IMG/VR virus record: IMGVR_UViG_3300021479_000010 | Span: 32,207 to 96,206 of that record | Source: a virus | Reading direction: 5' to 3' (one strand) | Length of the DNA: 64,000 nt | In this document: piece after piece, positions 37,490 to 47,078 of the stretch | How the letters are laid out: every line of letters begins with the position of its first letter | Position numbering within the stretch: the stretch's first letter is position 1 | Notes under the pieces: model-generated | Databases searched by the model: none | What the model saw: only the letters and a program-made list of their open reading frames with translations | What the model was told of the DNA's origin: nothing | Translations under genes and position numbers: made by a program

Positions 37490-38209
37490 ATGATAGGCGA
37501 AAAGCATTTCAGATACGAATTCCTGATGTTTGCATGGATTGAAAATCAACAGAAATATTATTTGTGTGTTTGCGATTGTGGCGCATTGCGCATTCTTCGC
37601 GGAGCTTCCGTAAAGAATGGCAATCAAAAAAGCTGTGGCTGCCTTCGAAGAGAGAAAGCAAAAGAAAGCATTATCGCGAGAAATGCCGCCCAAGCGGGGC
37701 AGCCGCGATCTGCAAAAGGAAAACTTGCTTCTCAGGCAGCTTGCAAGAAAATGAATGAAGTACGGCATAATCAAGCCAAACACATATTATCTAATGTCGA
37801 TTCCGCTGCCTTAACTGGTGATTGTAATGTTTGTGGTCGTGTTCCTGTCAAAGTAATGAAGCACAGGAACAATAAATGGCAATACATCAGAGATCAGTAT
37901 TTATGTTGGGTCGGTACGCGGAATAGAGTCGAACAGGGCGAACCCGCCAAAGTTTCATATCCCAATCAAGCACTCGAAATGTGGGATAAACAAGAAAATA
38001 ATTGTGCGCTATGCGGCGGTCCTATGGTGCGTGCGGGCAATTCTTGGGATGGTGCGACATTAGATCACTGTCATTCCAATGGGTTTATACGAGGTTTTAT
38101 CCACCAAGGCTGCAATAAAGGGTTAGGTCATTTCTTGGACGATCCCGAAGCTTTGCGTAAAGCCGCCGCATATATCGAACGAGCACGCGGCCTCTTGACA
38201 AATTCCTAA
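37490..38209 (+). CDS. Endonuclease VII-family homing endonuclease
   Basis: N-terminal CVCDCG..SCGC; C-terminal Q...CALC...LDHCHSNGFIRGFIHQGCNKGLG. Confidence 0.85.
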   Translation: MIGEKHFRYEFLMFAWIENQQKYYLCVCDCGALRILRGASVKNGNQKSCGCLRREKAKESIIARNAAQAGQPRSAKGKLASQAACKKMNEVRHNQAKHILSNVDSAALTGDCNVCGRVPVKVMKHRNNKWQYIRDQYLCWVGTRNRVEQGEPAKVSYPNQALEMWDKQENNCALCGGPMVRAGNSWDGATLDHCHSNGFIRGFIHQGCNKGLGHFLDDPEALRKAAAYIERARGLLTNS

Positions 38210-38241
38210 TTGTAGCGTATCATAATAATTGCGGGGTTTTA

Positions 38242-38317
38242 GGGTCGGAAGCCAAACGGTGAGGCGACGGTCTGTGGCACCGTTCTTTAGCAGGTTCGAC
38301 TCCTGCCCTTCCCTCCA
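38242..38317 (+). tRNA. tRNA-His(GUG), atypical
   Basis: D arm GCC/GGC; anticodon arm ACGGT-CTGTGGC-ACCGT; T arm GCAGG-TTCGACT-CCTGC; encoded CCA; promoter TTGACA-17-TATCAT at 38195-38223. Confidence 0.8.
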
Positions 38318-39181
38318 AAGTTGCGCGGCGGGTTTCACCCGTGTCCGGATTATTAGCGAATTGCCGGGCAGACCTTTGCCGCCTTAAGAGCGTGGAATAA
38401 GCCGCGCAGAATCATCGAGTTGTGACATTATGAACTTGCGGGGCTCCTTTCCGGGCAAGGAAAGTGATATCCGTTACACCCCTCCCGGCAACGAAACTGA
38501 CGGTACCGACGAACTAGAAAAAATCTACTACACCCCCGATCCGCGAGAAGACGATGAAGCTGGTGACCTACGTAGTAATAGCTAAAATATTTACGGGACT
38601 CGCGATTCTTTCTATTGCTTGCGGGGCGTATGCCGCAGCTTCTGGCAATGTAGATATGTTTTTTGGTGGTGCCTGTGGTACAATTGTTTTCGCAAGTTTG
38701 GCCGCGAAGATAATTCAAAAATGCATCGAGATTCGCAATGAGCCGTCCGAAGGGTAGCAAAAACAAACCCCGTCCGCATCTGGACAACGTTCAGCATATT
38801 CCGTGTGCAAAACCAGAACTTGTGCAGCATATTGGCCGATTCATACGGTACTTTGATAAAGGTTGGCGGTTCTCAAAACTCCTCGCAATTAAAGACAATA
38901 TTGCTCTATTAGAGCACCCGGTATCTGGCAAACATAAATTAAGTTTAAAGGACGTGGAGCCGAATCCTTGGGCAAAATAATCCCCTTTTACATTCCCAAA
39001 AGGTATCGTAAGAAAGATAAATTCGTTCCCGAAAGATTGCGCGGCAAAATCCTACCGTTCCCCGAACCCAAAGAACCTAAGAAAACCCTAACTGAAAGAT
39101 TTCACGGTATTTTGATTACTGATAAACGTCGCTTTTCAGACGATATAGTTTGAGGTTGCATCAGGTGACCTCAAGATAATT

Positions 39182-39439
39182 ATGGCCCTTTTGGTTGTTA
39201 ATTCGAATACGCCGATGAACTACGACGATCCCTTGATAAGCTTTAGGGTTCGCGGGGATGAAGTCGCCGCGCTCTATCCGGATGGGACTCTTATCACGCA
39301 AGGCGACAGTTTAGCAGATCGTGTCGTGGCTACACAGTATTTAACGCAATCGTATGCGTCTACCACACCTGCGGGGTCTCCACCTGCTACGCCCGTGAGC
39401 GGCGGCATGGGCGGTCCTGTAGACGGCGGACAGTTCTAA
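39182..39439 (+). CDS. Small putative virion protein
   Basis: Ends VDGGQF, like the neighbouring fibre gene. Confidence 0.55.
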   Translation: MALLVVNSNTPMNYDDPLISFRVRGDEVAALYPDGTLITQGDSLADRVVATQYLTQSYASTTPAGSPPATPVSGGMGGPVDGGQF

Positions 39440-39477
39440 GATTCTAGTACGCTCATGACCCTAAATCTAGGGGTCCA

Positions 39478-40086
39478 ATGCCAACTATACAAGTAAAACG
39501 CGGCCTAGCCGCAAATCTTCCGGCATCTGGCGCGGCTGGCGAGCCGATATTCACTACAGATGACCAAATTTTACATATGGGAACTGGGGCGGCAGTCGTC
39601 CCGGTTAAGATCGCGGCTGCTAATGTTACGGGGCTCGTTAATGGCGGAACCGAAACAGTCAACGCGCAATCAGGGGCGACATACACAGTTGTTGCGGGCG
39701 ACGCCGGAAAATTAGTTACTCTTAGTAATGCCGGGGCTGTCGCGGTGACCGTCCCATCAGCAGTATTCACTTCTGGACAATTTGCCGATTTCGAGAACAA
39801 AGGTGTCGGTGATGTAACAATCACTACAACTGCCGCAACGATTAATGGCGCGGCAACTTTCGTTCTACATACCAATCAAGGCATACGAGTTGTATTTGAT
39901 GGTACGAATTTCCAGACATTGCTGGGTCGCGCAGTCGTAGCCAAAACCGCAGTAGGCAGTCAGTGGTTAAACTCCGTAGCAGCTGATGGAACATTTACTT
40001 CTACCCAGCCCGCGATGACAGATATCACGGGCGTTGTTCAAGCCTCGCAATTAACCGGAGTTGTAATAGACGGCGGAACATTTTAG
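39478..40086 (+). CDS. Fibre-like virion protein with Mtd/hyaluronidase-type N-terminal module
   Basis: IQVKRGLAANLP....GEPIFTTD; TYTVVAGDAGKLV; ends IDGGTF. Confidence 0.7.
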   Translation: MPTIQVKRGLAANLPASGAAGEPIFTTDDQILHMGTGAAVVPVKIAAANVTGLVNGGTETVNAQSGATYTVVAGDAGKLVTLSNAGAVAVTVPSAVFTSGQFADFENKGVGDVTITTTAATINGAATFVLHTNQGIRVVFDGTNFQTLLGRAVVAKTAVGSQWLNSVAADGTFTSTQPAMTDITGVVQASQLTGVVIDGGTF

Positions 40087-40125
40087 CTAAGACTCTACTG
40101 GCCAATCCCCGACTAGGAGAGTACA

Positions 40126-40836
40126 TTGATTCAAATAGACGTAATAAATGAATCGTCCGAAGCCAGCGATCAGATGATTAAGTGGCTGACTGCGGCCCTT
40201 CAAATTCAGGTAAACCGGGATTTTTCTCCCATTTGGGGAATACAGGCCCAGTTAAATTTTATCCCGAATCATGGGGTTCCGAATCCCGCACATTGGCAAT
40301 TGGTATTTCTGGATAATGCAGACGTTGCTGGGGCGCTAGGATACCACGACCTAACGGTTTCTGGATTGCCAATTGGCAAAGTTTTCATCCGCACGACCGA
40401 GCTTGATAATTCTGCGTGGTCCGTAACAGCCTCTCATGAATTACTCGAAATGCTTGTCGATCCGTGGGTAGATTCCGCAGTCATTCTTTTGAACGCCGAT
40501 GGTTCGGGAACCGCGTATGCTTACGAAGTCGGTGATCCTTGCGAGTCCGACAACCTCGGTTATGTGATCAATGATTTCAAGATGTCTGATTTCACAACTC
40601 CGCAGTGGTTTGATCCTCCGACATTGATGACTAATGCTAAATTTGATTTCATGGGGCACATTACACAACCCCTTCAGATTTTGTCAGGCGGATATATTGG
40701 AGTACTAGACATCTTTGGAAGCGGAGGATGGACCCAGCTTCTTGGAGATGGTTCTAAGACCACGACCGTTCCAAAAGGTTCGCGTCGAGAACTTCGTACT
40801 AAACCATATTCGCAGAGGGCGCGTAGCACTAGGTAA
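40126..40836 (+). CDS. Zincin-like metallopeptidase
   Basis: ALGYHD...SHELLEMLVDP...YEVGDPCE. Confidence 0.6.
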   Translation: MIQIDVINESSEASDQMIKWLTAALQIQVNRDFSPIWGIQAQLNFIPNHGVPNPAHWQLVFLDNADVAGALGYHDLTVSGLPIGKVFIRTTELDNSAWSVTASHELLEMLVDPWVDSAVILLNADGSGTAYAYEVGDPCESDNLGYVINDFKMSDFTTPQWFDPPTLMTNAKFDFMGHITQPLQILSGGYIGVLDIFGSGGWTQLLGDGSKTTTVPKGSRRELRTKPYSQRARSTR

Positions 40837-41153
40837 TGGCAAGAAACTTAACACTCCTACCACTGCGGGGCGTGCAGGCGAATCTTTCGCAGGCACTCCC
40901 CTTAGCTCTGGGAGAGATGTATTTCAGCACCGACACTGGCAACCTATACTTTGGCACCCCCGGCTTTGGCGTAGGCTATGTCCAGATCGGAGATACAACC
41001 AAAGTGAACGAAACACTCTTACAATTATTGGAAGAAATTAAAGCTATGCGGGCCGCCATTGTGTCTATGGCGTGCGATGGTGGCCGCGCGAAGCCCTCAG
41101 ATTTTGATCCCCGAACAGATACGGGGACAGACTCAAGTACCACACAGGATTAG
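40836..41153 (+). CDS. Small virion protein with Mtd-N-like module
   Basis: LRG..ANL....LALGEMYFSTDTGNLYFG. Confidence 0.6.
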   Translation: MARNLTLLPLRGVQANLSQALPLALGEMYFSTDTGNLYFGTPGFGVGYVQIGDTTKVNETLLQLLEEIKAMRAAIVSMACDGGRAKPSDFDPRTDTGTDSSTTQD

Positions 41154-41159
41154 GGGATT

Positions 41160-41780
41160 ATGCAACTACAATTACAGGTCGGACCACAAATTGTTCAAGA
41201 TGGCGTTCCTGCTACAATGCGCGGTGGCAAATCCGCTGAAGCAATTGTAACAGAATTAAACGGACGCTACTATGAGCAAGTTTATCGCGGCAATACTTTT
41301 ACCGCCGCAACACAAGCAGGAGTAGCGATTACGAATCTTGCTACTACGGCCACGGGATTTATTCTTAGCAATCCGGCGGGTTCCGGCAAGAACCTAGTCC
41401 TTCTGGAAATCGCCTTGGCGCAGACTTCCACTGCCGCTGCCGCCGCAAACGCTGCCATTGTTTTAGCTGCCAATATCAACCCAGTGGCGACCGCTGTAGT
41501 GCATACTACGCCGCTCACGATCCAGCCCGCACTCTTAGGCGGTACGGCGGGTTCGGTTGCCAAGGCGGATTCCGCCGCGACATTGCCTGTCGCGCCTTCC
41601 GTTGTTCGTGTTTTGTGGCAACCTTCGGTTTCCGCTACGGCCACGACCGCTATTCCACCTTATGTGAAGGATGAAGTTGCGGGGGCGCTTGCAATTGCTC
41701 CAGGATGCGCGGTATCTTTGTCCGCTTTCTCCGCCGTCAGCGCGATTGCCCATTTTACGTGGGCTGAACTTCCCATCTAA
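41160..41780 (+). CDS. Putative structural protein
   Basis: GRYYEQVYRGNTF, NPAGSGKNLVL, FTWAELP; Ala/Thr-rich. Confidence 0.65.
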   Translation: MQLQLQVGPQIVQDGVPATMRGGKSAEAIVTELNGRYYEQVYRGNTFTAATQAGVAITNLATTATGFILSNPAGSGKNLVLLEIALAQTSTAAAAANAAIVLAANINPVATAVVHTTPLTIQPALLGGTAGSVAKADSAATLPVAPSVVRVLWQPSVSATATTAIPPYVKDEVAGALAIAPGCAVSLSAFSAVSAIAHFTWAELPI

Positions 41781-41782
41781 TT

Positions 41783-42010
41783 TGGTGTCCGTGGGCAACG
41801 ATTCGGATTAATCGTTGTTCGCATCTGGACGCCATTCGCCGAGTCGCTATCGGCAAACCCCGCACTCTGGGGGCATCAGGGTAAGGAATTGCCTTAGCGG
41901 GTAATTCTGCACTTGCTGATTTACGGGGCACCGGATAATCAGCATCGGACTACGGCTCCGTCCAAGCCTGTCCGGGAAGAAAAAGAATTCGTTCCTCTCG
42001 GACTCCGAGT
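41783..42010 (+). ncRNA. Candidate structured RNA (tandem hairpins)
   Basis: Six or seven consecutive stems in a 240-nt intergenic gap. Confidence 0.45.
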
Positions 42011-42022
42011 TTAAGGAAGATA

Positions 42023-42655
42023 ATGAAAAAGAAGAAAACTAAGAAACTAACCACTCCCGCGCCCGAACCTTTACCGCCTATGCGCTGGGAATCTTACCAC
42101 GATGAAATTATCGGTAAGGACTCCCCACAACTTGCTAAAGAAGTAGAAGAATATAGTAAGAGACGGCATGACGGGCCGGAAACACAACATAGCCAAGAAG
42201 AATTAGCAAGGCTTCGCGAAGAAAATGCTGTAATCGCTTCGCAATATCAGTTTGTCAAGCCTGAGGATTACGAAGACGAAGCTGCCCGAGTGGGGCGGAT
42301 AATGAGCCACGACGAGTTTATTACTATCCTTCGTCGTAAGCTAAATCTTAAGTGTTTTTACCGAGAGATGAATCATCCCCAGAAGATAGCTCTTTGGGCG
42401 GTCAAAGATGATTTGCCTGCCGAATCCGTAGGATGGGTAAAACGTGGTTTAACCACCGAACTTAGCATCATGAGATTTGACGACCACGGCGTTCCGCTTG
42501 ACGAGAAATTTAGGGGCTGGCGAACCGTGCTCATGAATTTGGTTATGAAAGGATTCTTGAAAGAGCACGATGTCCGCCGCGTTTTTGGCCGAGCGAAAGG
42601 CCCCGCAAGCGAAAAATATAACTCTTTCATGCAACAGTTTAGGACTATTCCATGA
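42023..42655 (+). CDS. Hypothetical protein
   Basis: 210-aa ORF; RGWRTVL..L motif. Confidence 0.7.
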   Translation: MKKKKTKKLTTPAPEPLPPMRWESYHDEIIGKDSPQLAKEVEEYSKRRHDGPETQHSQEELARLREENAVIASQYQFVKPEDYEDEAARVGRIMSHDEFITILRRKLNLKCFYREMNHPQKIALWAVKDDLPAESVGWVKRGLTTELSIMRFDDHGVPLDEKFRGWRTVLMNLVMKGFLKEHDVRRVFGRAKGPASEKYNSFMQQFRTIP

Positions 42656-42918
42656 CTTATCAAACTCAAGATTCTCGGTTAGCTGCGTTCTTCCTTGTCA
42701 ATGGATTTACCTTGGCGGGAACAGAATTGCGCTATCAAGATGAAGACGACCGCGTATTGCTTACATTCAATATCGATGATGAAGAGAAATTCGCGCAGTT
42801 GAAGAGAGATTTCTTTGAAGGCGGGAAGGTTCCCGCGCTAGCTTACGCAAATCATCTTAAGTTTGTAATGCACGCCATCCGAGAAGCCCGCGAATTAGCT
42901 CGTACCGCTGCGCGATAA
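42652..42918 (+). CDS. DUF5659-like protein
   Basis: TQDSRLAAFF...GF.L......VLLTF...DFF. Confidence 0.55.
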   Translation: MTYQTQDSRLAAFFLVNGFTLAGTELRYQDEDDRVLLTFNIDDEEKFAQLKRDFFEGGKVPALAYANHLKFVMHAIREARELARTAAR

Positions 42919-43090
42919 AGACCCTTACAAAGACCTAATAGGAGAAACTATGCTTGTTAAGAAAAAAGATTGGGAAAACGTGTGTTCTAGATTAGACTCA
43001 TTTGAAGCCAAATGGTTTCAAAGAAACTAAAAGTCATACCGTTTTAGCGATTCGATAAAGACCCTTATTTCAGACCTTAATAGGATAAAT

Positions 43091-43687
43091 ATGACAGACG
43101 AAGTGAAGAAGAAAAAGACCGTTCAAGAACTCATGAACACCCCGCTTGACGAGTTAACTACTGAGGAAATTGAACGCCGGGTAGTTTTGCTCAAGGCACA
43201 AGAAGCCGAACTCAACGCACAGGATTTAAAGGATCGCGTTGACGAACGCAAGAATAAACGCCAGATGGTTTCCGAGCAGTTTCGCGCCCGTGGGCGAGAA
43301 CTAAAGCAAACCGTTCGAGCACAGGAAATACACCAGAGCAATTGTAGCCATCGTAAGGGTGGACGCGGTTTGGAAGCAATTCAGAAGGGCGGCACCGCAT
43401 CTGACTACGCAGTGATCCGTCATCTACTTCCAAATAACGAGTGGTGGCAGAGGTGCCAGCGTTGTGGTAAAACGTGGCGTCCGCCGAATCGTGAAGAATA
43501 TAACCTAGAAGTTCAGACCGAACGCGAAGCTTTTGAGGCCGCGCAAAAAGCTTACAAAGAAGCTATGTCTTGGCCGACAGATAACATCCCCTCGACTGGG
43601 ATTACGTTCCAGCATCACAGCGAAGACGGCGATGTCAGTGCTCGTAAATTCGTTTACGAGATCATGAAGGACACCACGCTTCGATAA
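43091..43687 (+). CDS. Hypothetical coiled-coil/zinc-finger protein
   Basis: CSHRKGG...CQRCGK. Confidence 0.7.
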   Translation: MTDEVKKKKTVQELMNTPLDELTTEEIERRVVLLKAQEAELNAQDLKDRVDERKNKRQMVSEQFRARGRELKQTVRAQEIHQSNCSHRKGGRGLEAIQKGGTASDYAVIRHLLPNNEWWQRCQRCGKTWRPPNREEYNLEVQTEREAFEAAQKAYKEAMSWPTDNIPSTGITFQHHSEDGDVSARKFVYEIMKDTTLR

Positions 43688-44013
43688 TGGCAAATCAGCA
43701 ATTATTCCCGCAGACCACATATCCCTTAACAGGCGATATTCAAAGTACTCCGGGAGCGGCTAAAATAACGGTTACGGGGATTCAAACAATCCCCGTTTCT
43801 CCTACAACTCCGACTGATCAACAAGTTCTGGTGTTCCAGCAATCGTTATTGAAGTACGTTCCAAGCAGTGTATTTACTAATAAGAGCGTTCAAGTAAACG
43901 GCGCTCCCGTGAGCGATGATTACGACTTCTTTGTAAATTTCTATGATACGCGCATTCAAGTTAATTCTACCAACCCGCCCAATGGAAAATTTGTCTTGGT
44001 TAATGGAGCTTAG
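43687..44013 (+). CDS. Putative virion protein
   Basis: LTGDI...TVTGIQTIPVSPTTPTDQQVL, a fibre-like motif. Confidence 0.6.
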   Translation: MANQQLFPQTTYPLTGDIQSTPGAAKITVTGIQTIPVSPTTPTDQQVLVFQQSLLKYVPSSVFTNKSVQVNGAPVSDDYDFFVNFYDTRIQVNSTNPPNGKFVLVNGA

Positions 44014-44487
44014 ATGAGTGTCAATTTTAACAACACAACTCCAGCAGCCGTAGCGGGGGGTACTAACGTATTATGGCAGGTAGACGGCTCCGGCAATATC
44101 AGTGCGTATACTTTAACATCTTCTTCCGTCATCATAGAAGTTGATCTTACTGCTCAGACAGCGAATATTTCAGCGACAACTCTGACAACTCCGGGTTCTG
44201 CGGGGTTTTATCGAGTTTCTGTATATAGCATCGTAACGACCGTAGACGGCGCATCTTCGACTCTACCTAAGACTACTATTACATGGCGAGATGCGCATAA
44301 TACGACTTCGCAAACATTTGATGTTACTTCGACGAATACCGGCAATCTTCTAACTACATTCCAACAGGCATCAATGCGCCTTAACTCTGCTTCCGGGACC
44401 GCGATTCAATATGCTACTTCTGGATATGCGTCTGGAACTCCCGCGACAATGCAGTACGCTCTCCGTATTACTTTGGAGAAATTGTAA
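44014..44487 (+). CDS. Thr/Ser-rich putative virion protein
   Basis: Composition; coupled to its neighbours. Confidence 0.6.
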   Translation: MSVNFNNTTPAAVAGGTNVLWQVDGSGNISAYTLTSSSVIIEVDLTAQTANISATTLTTPGSAGFYRVSVYSIVTTVDGASSTLPKTTITWRDAHNTTSQTFDVTSTNTGNLLTTFQQASMRLNSASGTAIQYATSGYASGTPATMQYALRITLEKL

Positions 44488-45578
44488 TGGCGTTTATTAA
44501 CAATGGGTCCACGGTGAGCATCCAGGATTGCGTAGACAATGCATTCCGAAATGGCGATACTGCTCCCGCACTTGCAACGGGCGGCAGTTCGGATCAACCC
44601 GCATTGCAAATCGCCAACACCGTTTTGTCCGAAATGATCAACGGAGGTCCTAACGGGCAACCTTATAATTGGAAGTGGAACAGATTTTTAATTCCTCCGT
44701 TTCCGACGAATAGTTGGCAGCAGGATTATTTCATTCCCGGTCTAGTCGGGCTTGCATGGCTCGAAAATTCATACTGCAACGAATTTAACATCAGCTCCCA
44801 GCCCAAGCCAAAGATGCCGATGGAGTGCCGAAAGGACTTGTCGGTAACGTACATTCAGTACGGCTGGCCTGCAAAACTTTGCTGGATTCCTAATAGCATC
44901 GCACAAACCGGGACTTGGGGCGCGACGGAACTCGCTACGGCGACTGGGCAGAACAACCCCGGCCCTAATGTTGTAATCACGAACCCGATTGGCCAGACGC
45001 AGGCTCCTCTTAATCCTATCACTCAGGTCACCGACTCTTTCGGCAACCTCTGGGCAGTGACGACTTATGGAACTTGCGGGGCAACGAATCCGTTTCTAGT
45101 CAACGCCAATCCAGTATTTCCAACTCTGCAAAATCCCACGACTACGGCGACAATCATAACTGATGGTTCCGTTGTTTGGACTGCAATCAATCCCGCTGGT
45201 CAGGGAATGCGCCTCGCGCCGATTCCCCCACAGCAAGGGCAAGTTTGGCAAATCAATCCCGTAGGTCAAGCAAGATTTCAACGATTTACTTCTCTAACTC
45301 AAACTATTAATCCGATTCCGGACGATTACAGCCAATATTTCTTAGATGGTTTCATCTGCCAATGTTACCGTAGGCATCCGGATGCAAAAGTCCGGGCGAA
45401 ATTTCCCGAAGAATATAAACTTTGGTTAACTGCTCTTGATCAAGCTGTAAAGCAGGCAGATCGAGAATTAGACGACTACGGATTTTATACCAGCAGCATT
45501 ATGGGCGGCGGCGGAAACGTAGGTTATCTTGGCCCGGCTTGGCCGTATCAGGGCTACCCGTTCGGCAGCGGCTGGTAA
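44487..45578 (+). CDS. Putative head-tail adaptor/tail tubular protein
   Basis: YNWKWNR, QQDY, LAPIP and PIPDDY motifs; paralogous to 47078-47815. Confidence 0.6.
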   Translation: MAFINNGSTVSIQDCVDNAFRNGDTAPALATGGSSDQPALQIANTVLSEMINGGPNGQPYNWKWNRFLIPPFPTNSWQQDYFIPGLVGLAWLENSYCNEFNISSQPKPKMPMECRKDLSVTYIQYGWPAKLCWIPNSIAQTGTWGATELATATGQNNPGPNVVITNPIGQTQAPLNPITQVTDSFGNLWAVTTYGTCGATNPFLVNANPVFPTLQNPTTTATIITDGSVVWTAINPAGQGMRLAPIPPQQGQVWQINPVGQARFQRFTSLTQTINPIPDDYSQYFLDGFICQCYRRHPDAKVRAKFPEEYKLWLTALDQAVKQADRELDDYGFYTSSIMGGGGNVGYLGPAWPYQGYPFGSGW

Positions 45579-45693
45579 TTTCGGCGCGGCAGTAAATCCT
45601 CACAATTCATGCGGGACCAGTGAGCAGAGGAATCCTTCTACTTACTGCAAGCGCTTGGTCCCACCCTTTCTTCAAACCAGAAAAAGGACTGTA

Positions 45694-46698
45694 ATGCGCA
45701 TATTGTTTATTCTGAAGTTTCGGCAAGTATACTCCGGCGGGTATACTACAGATTTTCCCTCGGGCCTGCTTAACTCTGCGCTACTAGTTTCCGATATGCT
45801 TAACAGCCAAGGATTTGTTTCCAAGGTTGTAGAAGTCGTTGACAATAATTCTATTGATAAAGAAGTTCATGATTTCAATCCCGATGTAGTTATCATAGAA
45901 GCGCTGTGGGTTGTCCCTGAGAAGTTCGCAATTCTTAAACAGTTGCATCCGAATGTTAAATGGGTTGTTCGCATTCACAGTGAAATGCCGTTCCTCGCAC
46001 AGGAAGGCATCGCAATACAGTGGATCAAACAGTACGCCGCTATCCCCGATGTTTATGTAGGTACTAATTCGATTCGCTGCTTCGGAGATTTATCTAGCAT
46101 AGTCGATCCCAATAAATTACTGCTTCTGCCTAATTTTTATCCTACTCTTAAGAAATTGCCGGGCGCGGCAAAACATACAGGTCTGGATATAGCCTGTTTT
46201 GGAGCTATTCGTCCGTTTAAGGATCAGCTTATGCAGGCTGTCGCCGCTATTAAATATGCCGAGCAAGCTGGGGAAATAATTCGGTTTCATGTGAATTCCA
46301 GCCGAGTAGAGGATGGATCGGAAGTTCTGAAGAATCTACGAGCACTGTTTGCCGGAACGGAACACACACTAGTCGAAAATACTTGGATGGATCGTCCGAC
46401 GTTTTTAGCGCTCCTCGCAACAATGGATTTAAGCATGACCGTATCCTTTACGGAAACTTTTTGTATTGTTGCGGCAGATTCGGTTTCGGTCGGCGTCCCG
46501 CTCGTAACTTCTCCGGAAGTGCCGTGGAGTATCAAAGATTTGCAAGCTTCGCCTACGAATTCGAAAGATATTGTCAATAAGATCAGTAAGGCATTAGGTT
46601 GGAAATCTTCAATTTTCAACTTCATGGATCGGCGCAGTCTACAAAAATATTCATCCAATAGTCGAGCGGCGTGGATTAAGGAATTAAAGGGACTATAA
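45694..46698 (+). CDS. GT-B fold (GT4-like) glycosyltransferase
   Basis: PDVVIIEALW, FGAIRPFKDQL and SFTETFCIVAADSVSVGVPLVTS motifs. Confidence 0.75.
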   Translation: MRILFILKFRQVYSGGYTTDFPSGLLNSALLVSDMLNSQGFVSKVVEVVDNNSIDKEVHDFNPDVVIIEALWVVPEKFAILKQLHPNVKWVVRIHSEMPFLAQEGIAIQWIKQYAAIPDVYVGTNSIRCFGDLSSIVDPNKLLLLPNFYPTLKKLPGAAKHTGLDIACFGAIRPFKDQLMQAVAAIKYAEQAGEIIRFHVNSSRVEDGSEVLKNLRALFAGTEHTLVENTWMDRPTFLALLATMDLSMTVSFTETFCIVAADSVSVGVPLVTSPEVPWSIKDLQASPTNSKDIVNKISKALGWKSSIFNFMDRRSLQKYSSNSRAAWIKELKGL

Positions 46699-47078
46699 TG
46701 GCAATCACTCAAGTCACAGTCGCATCACCCGCCGTAGAGACGGTATTCCAAGATACGTCTATGGGCGGAACGGCAGATGGAGTTAAATCTTCGTCTACGG
46801 TCATTTATTATGTACAAGTTGATAACACTTTGAACGGGGCTCCGTCATACGTAAAACTATATAATCTGGCTTCTGGCTCCGTAACCGTTGGAACGACCGT
46901 TCCGGATTTTGTATTGTATGCCGCCGCAAACAAAGTTCAGACTTATGTTTTCAGCACAGCGGCTTCTTCTGGTCTGACATTTGGAACTGCGCTTTCCGCT
47001 GCTTGCACAACTGCCGGGGGAACATCCGGAAATACCAGTCCGAGTTCGAGTGTTGTCGTCACCATCGTATACGTCTAA
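46698..47078 (+). CDS. Small Ser/Thr-rich virion protein
   Basis: YVKLYN....VTVGTTVPD...FGTALSAACTT, a known phage structural-type motif. Confidence 0.65.
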   Translation: MAITQVTVASPAVETVFQDTSMGGTADGVKSSSTVIYYVQVDNTLNGAPSYVKLYNLASGSVTVGTTVPDFVLYAAANKVQTYVFSTAASSGLTFGTALSAACTTAGGTSGNTSPSSSVVVTIVYV

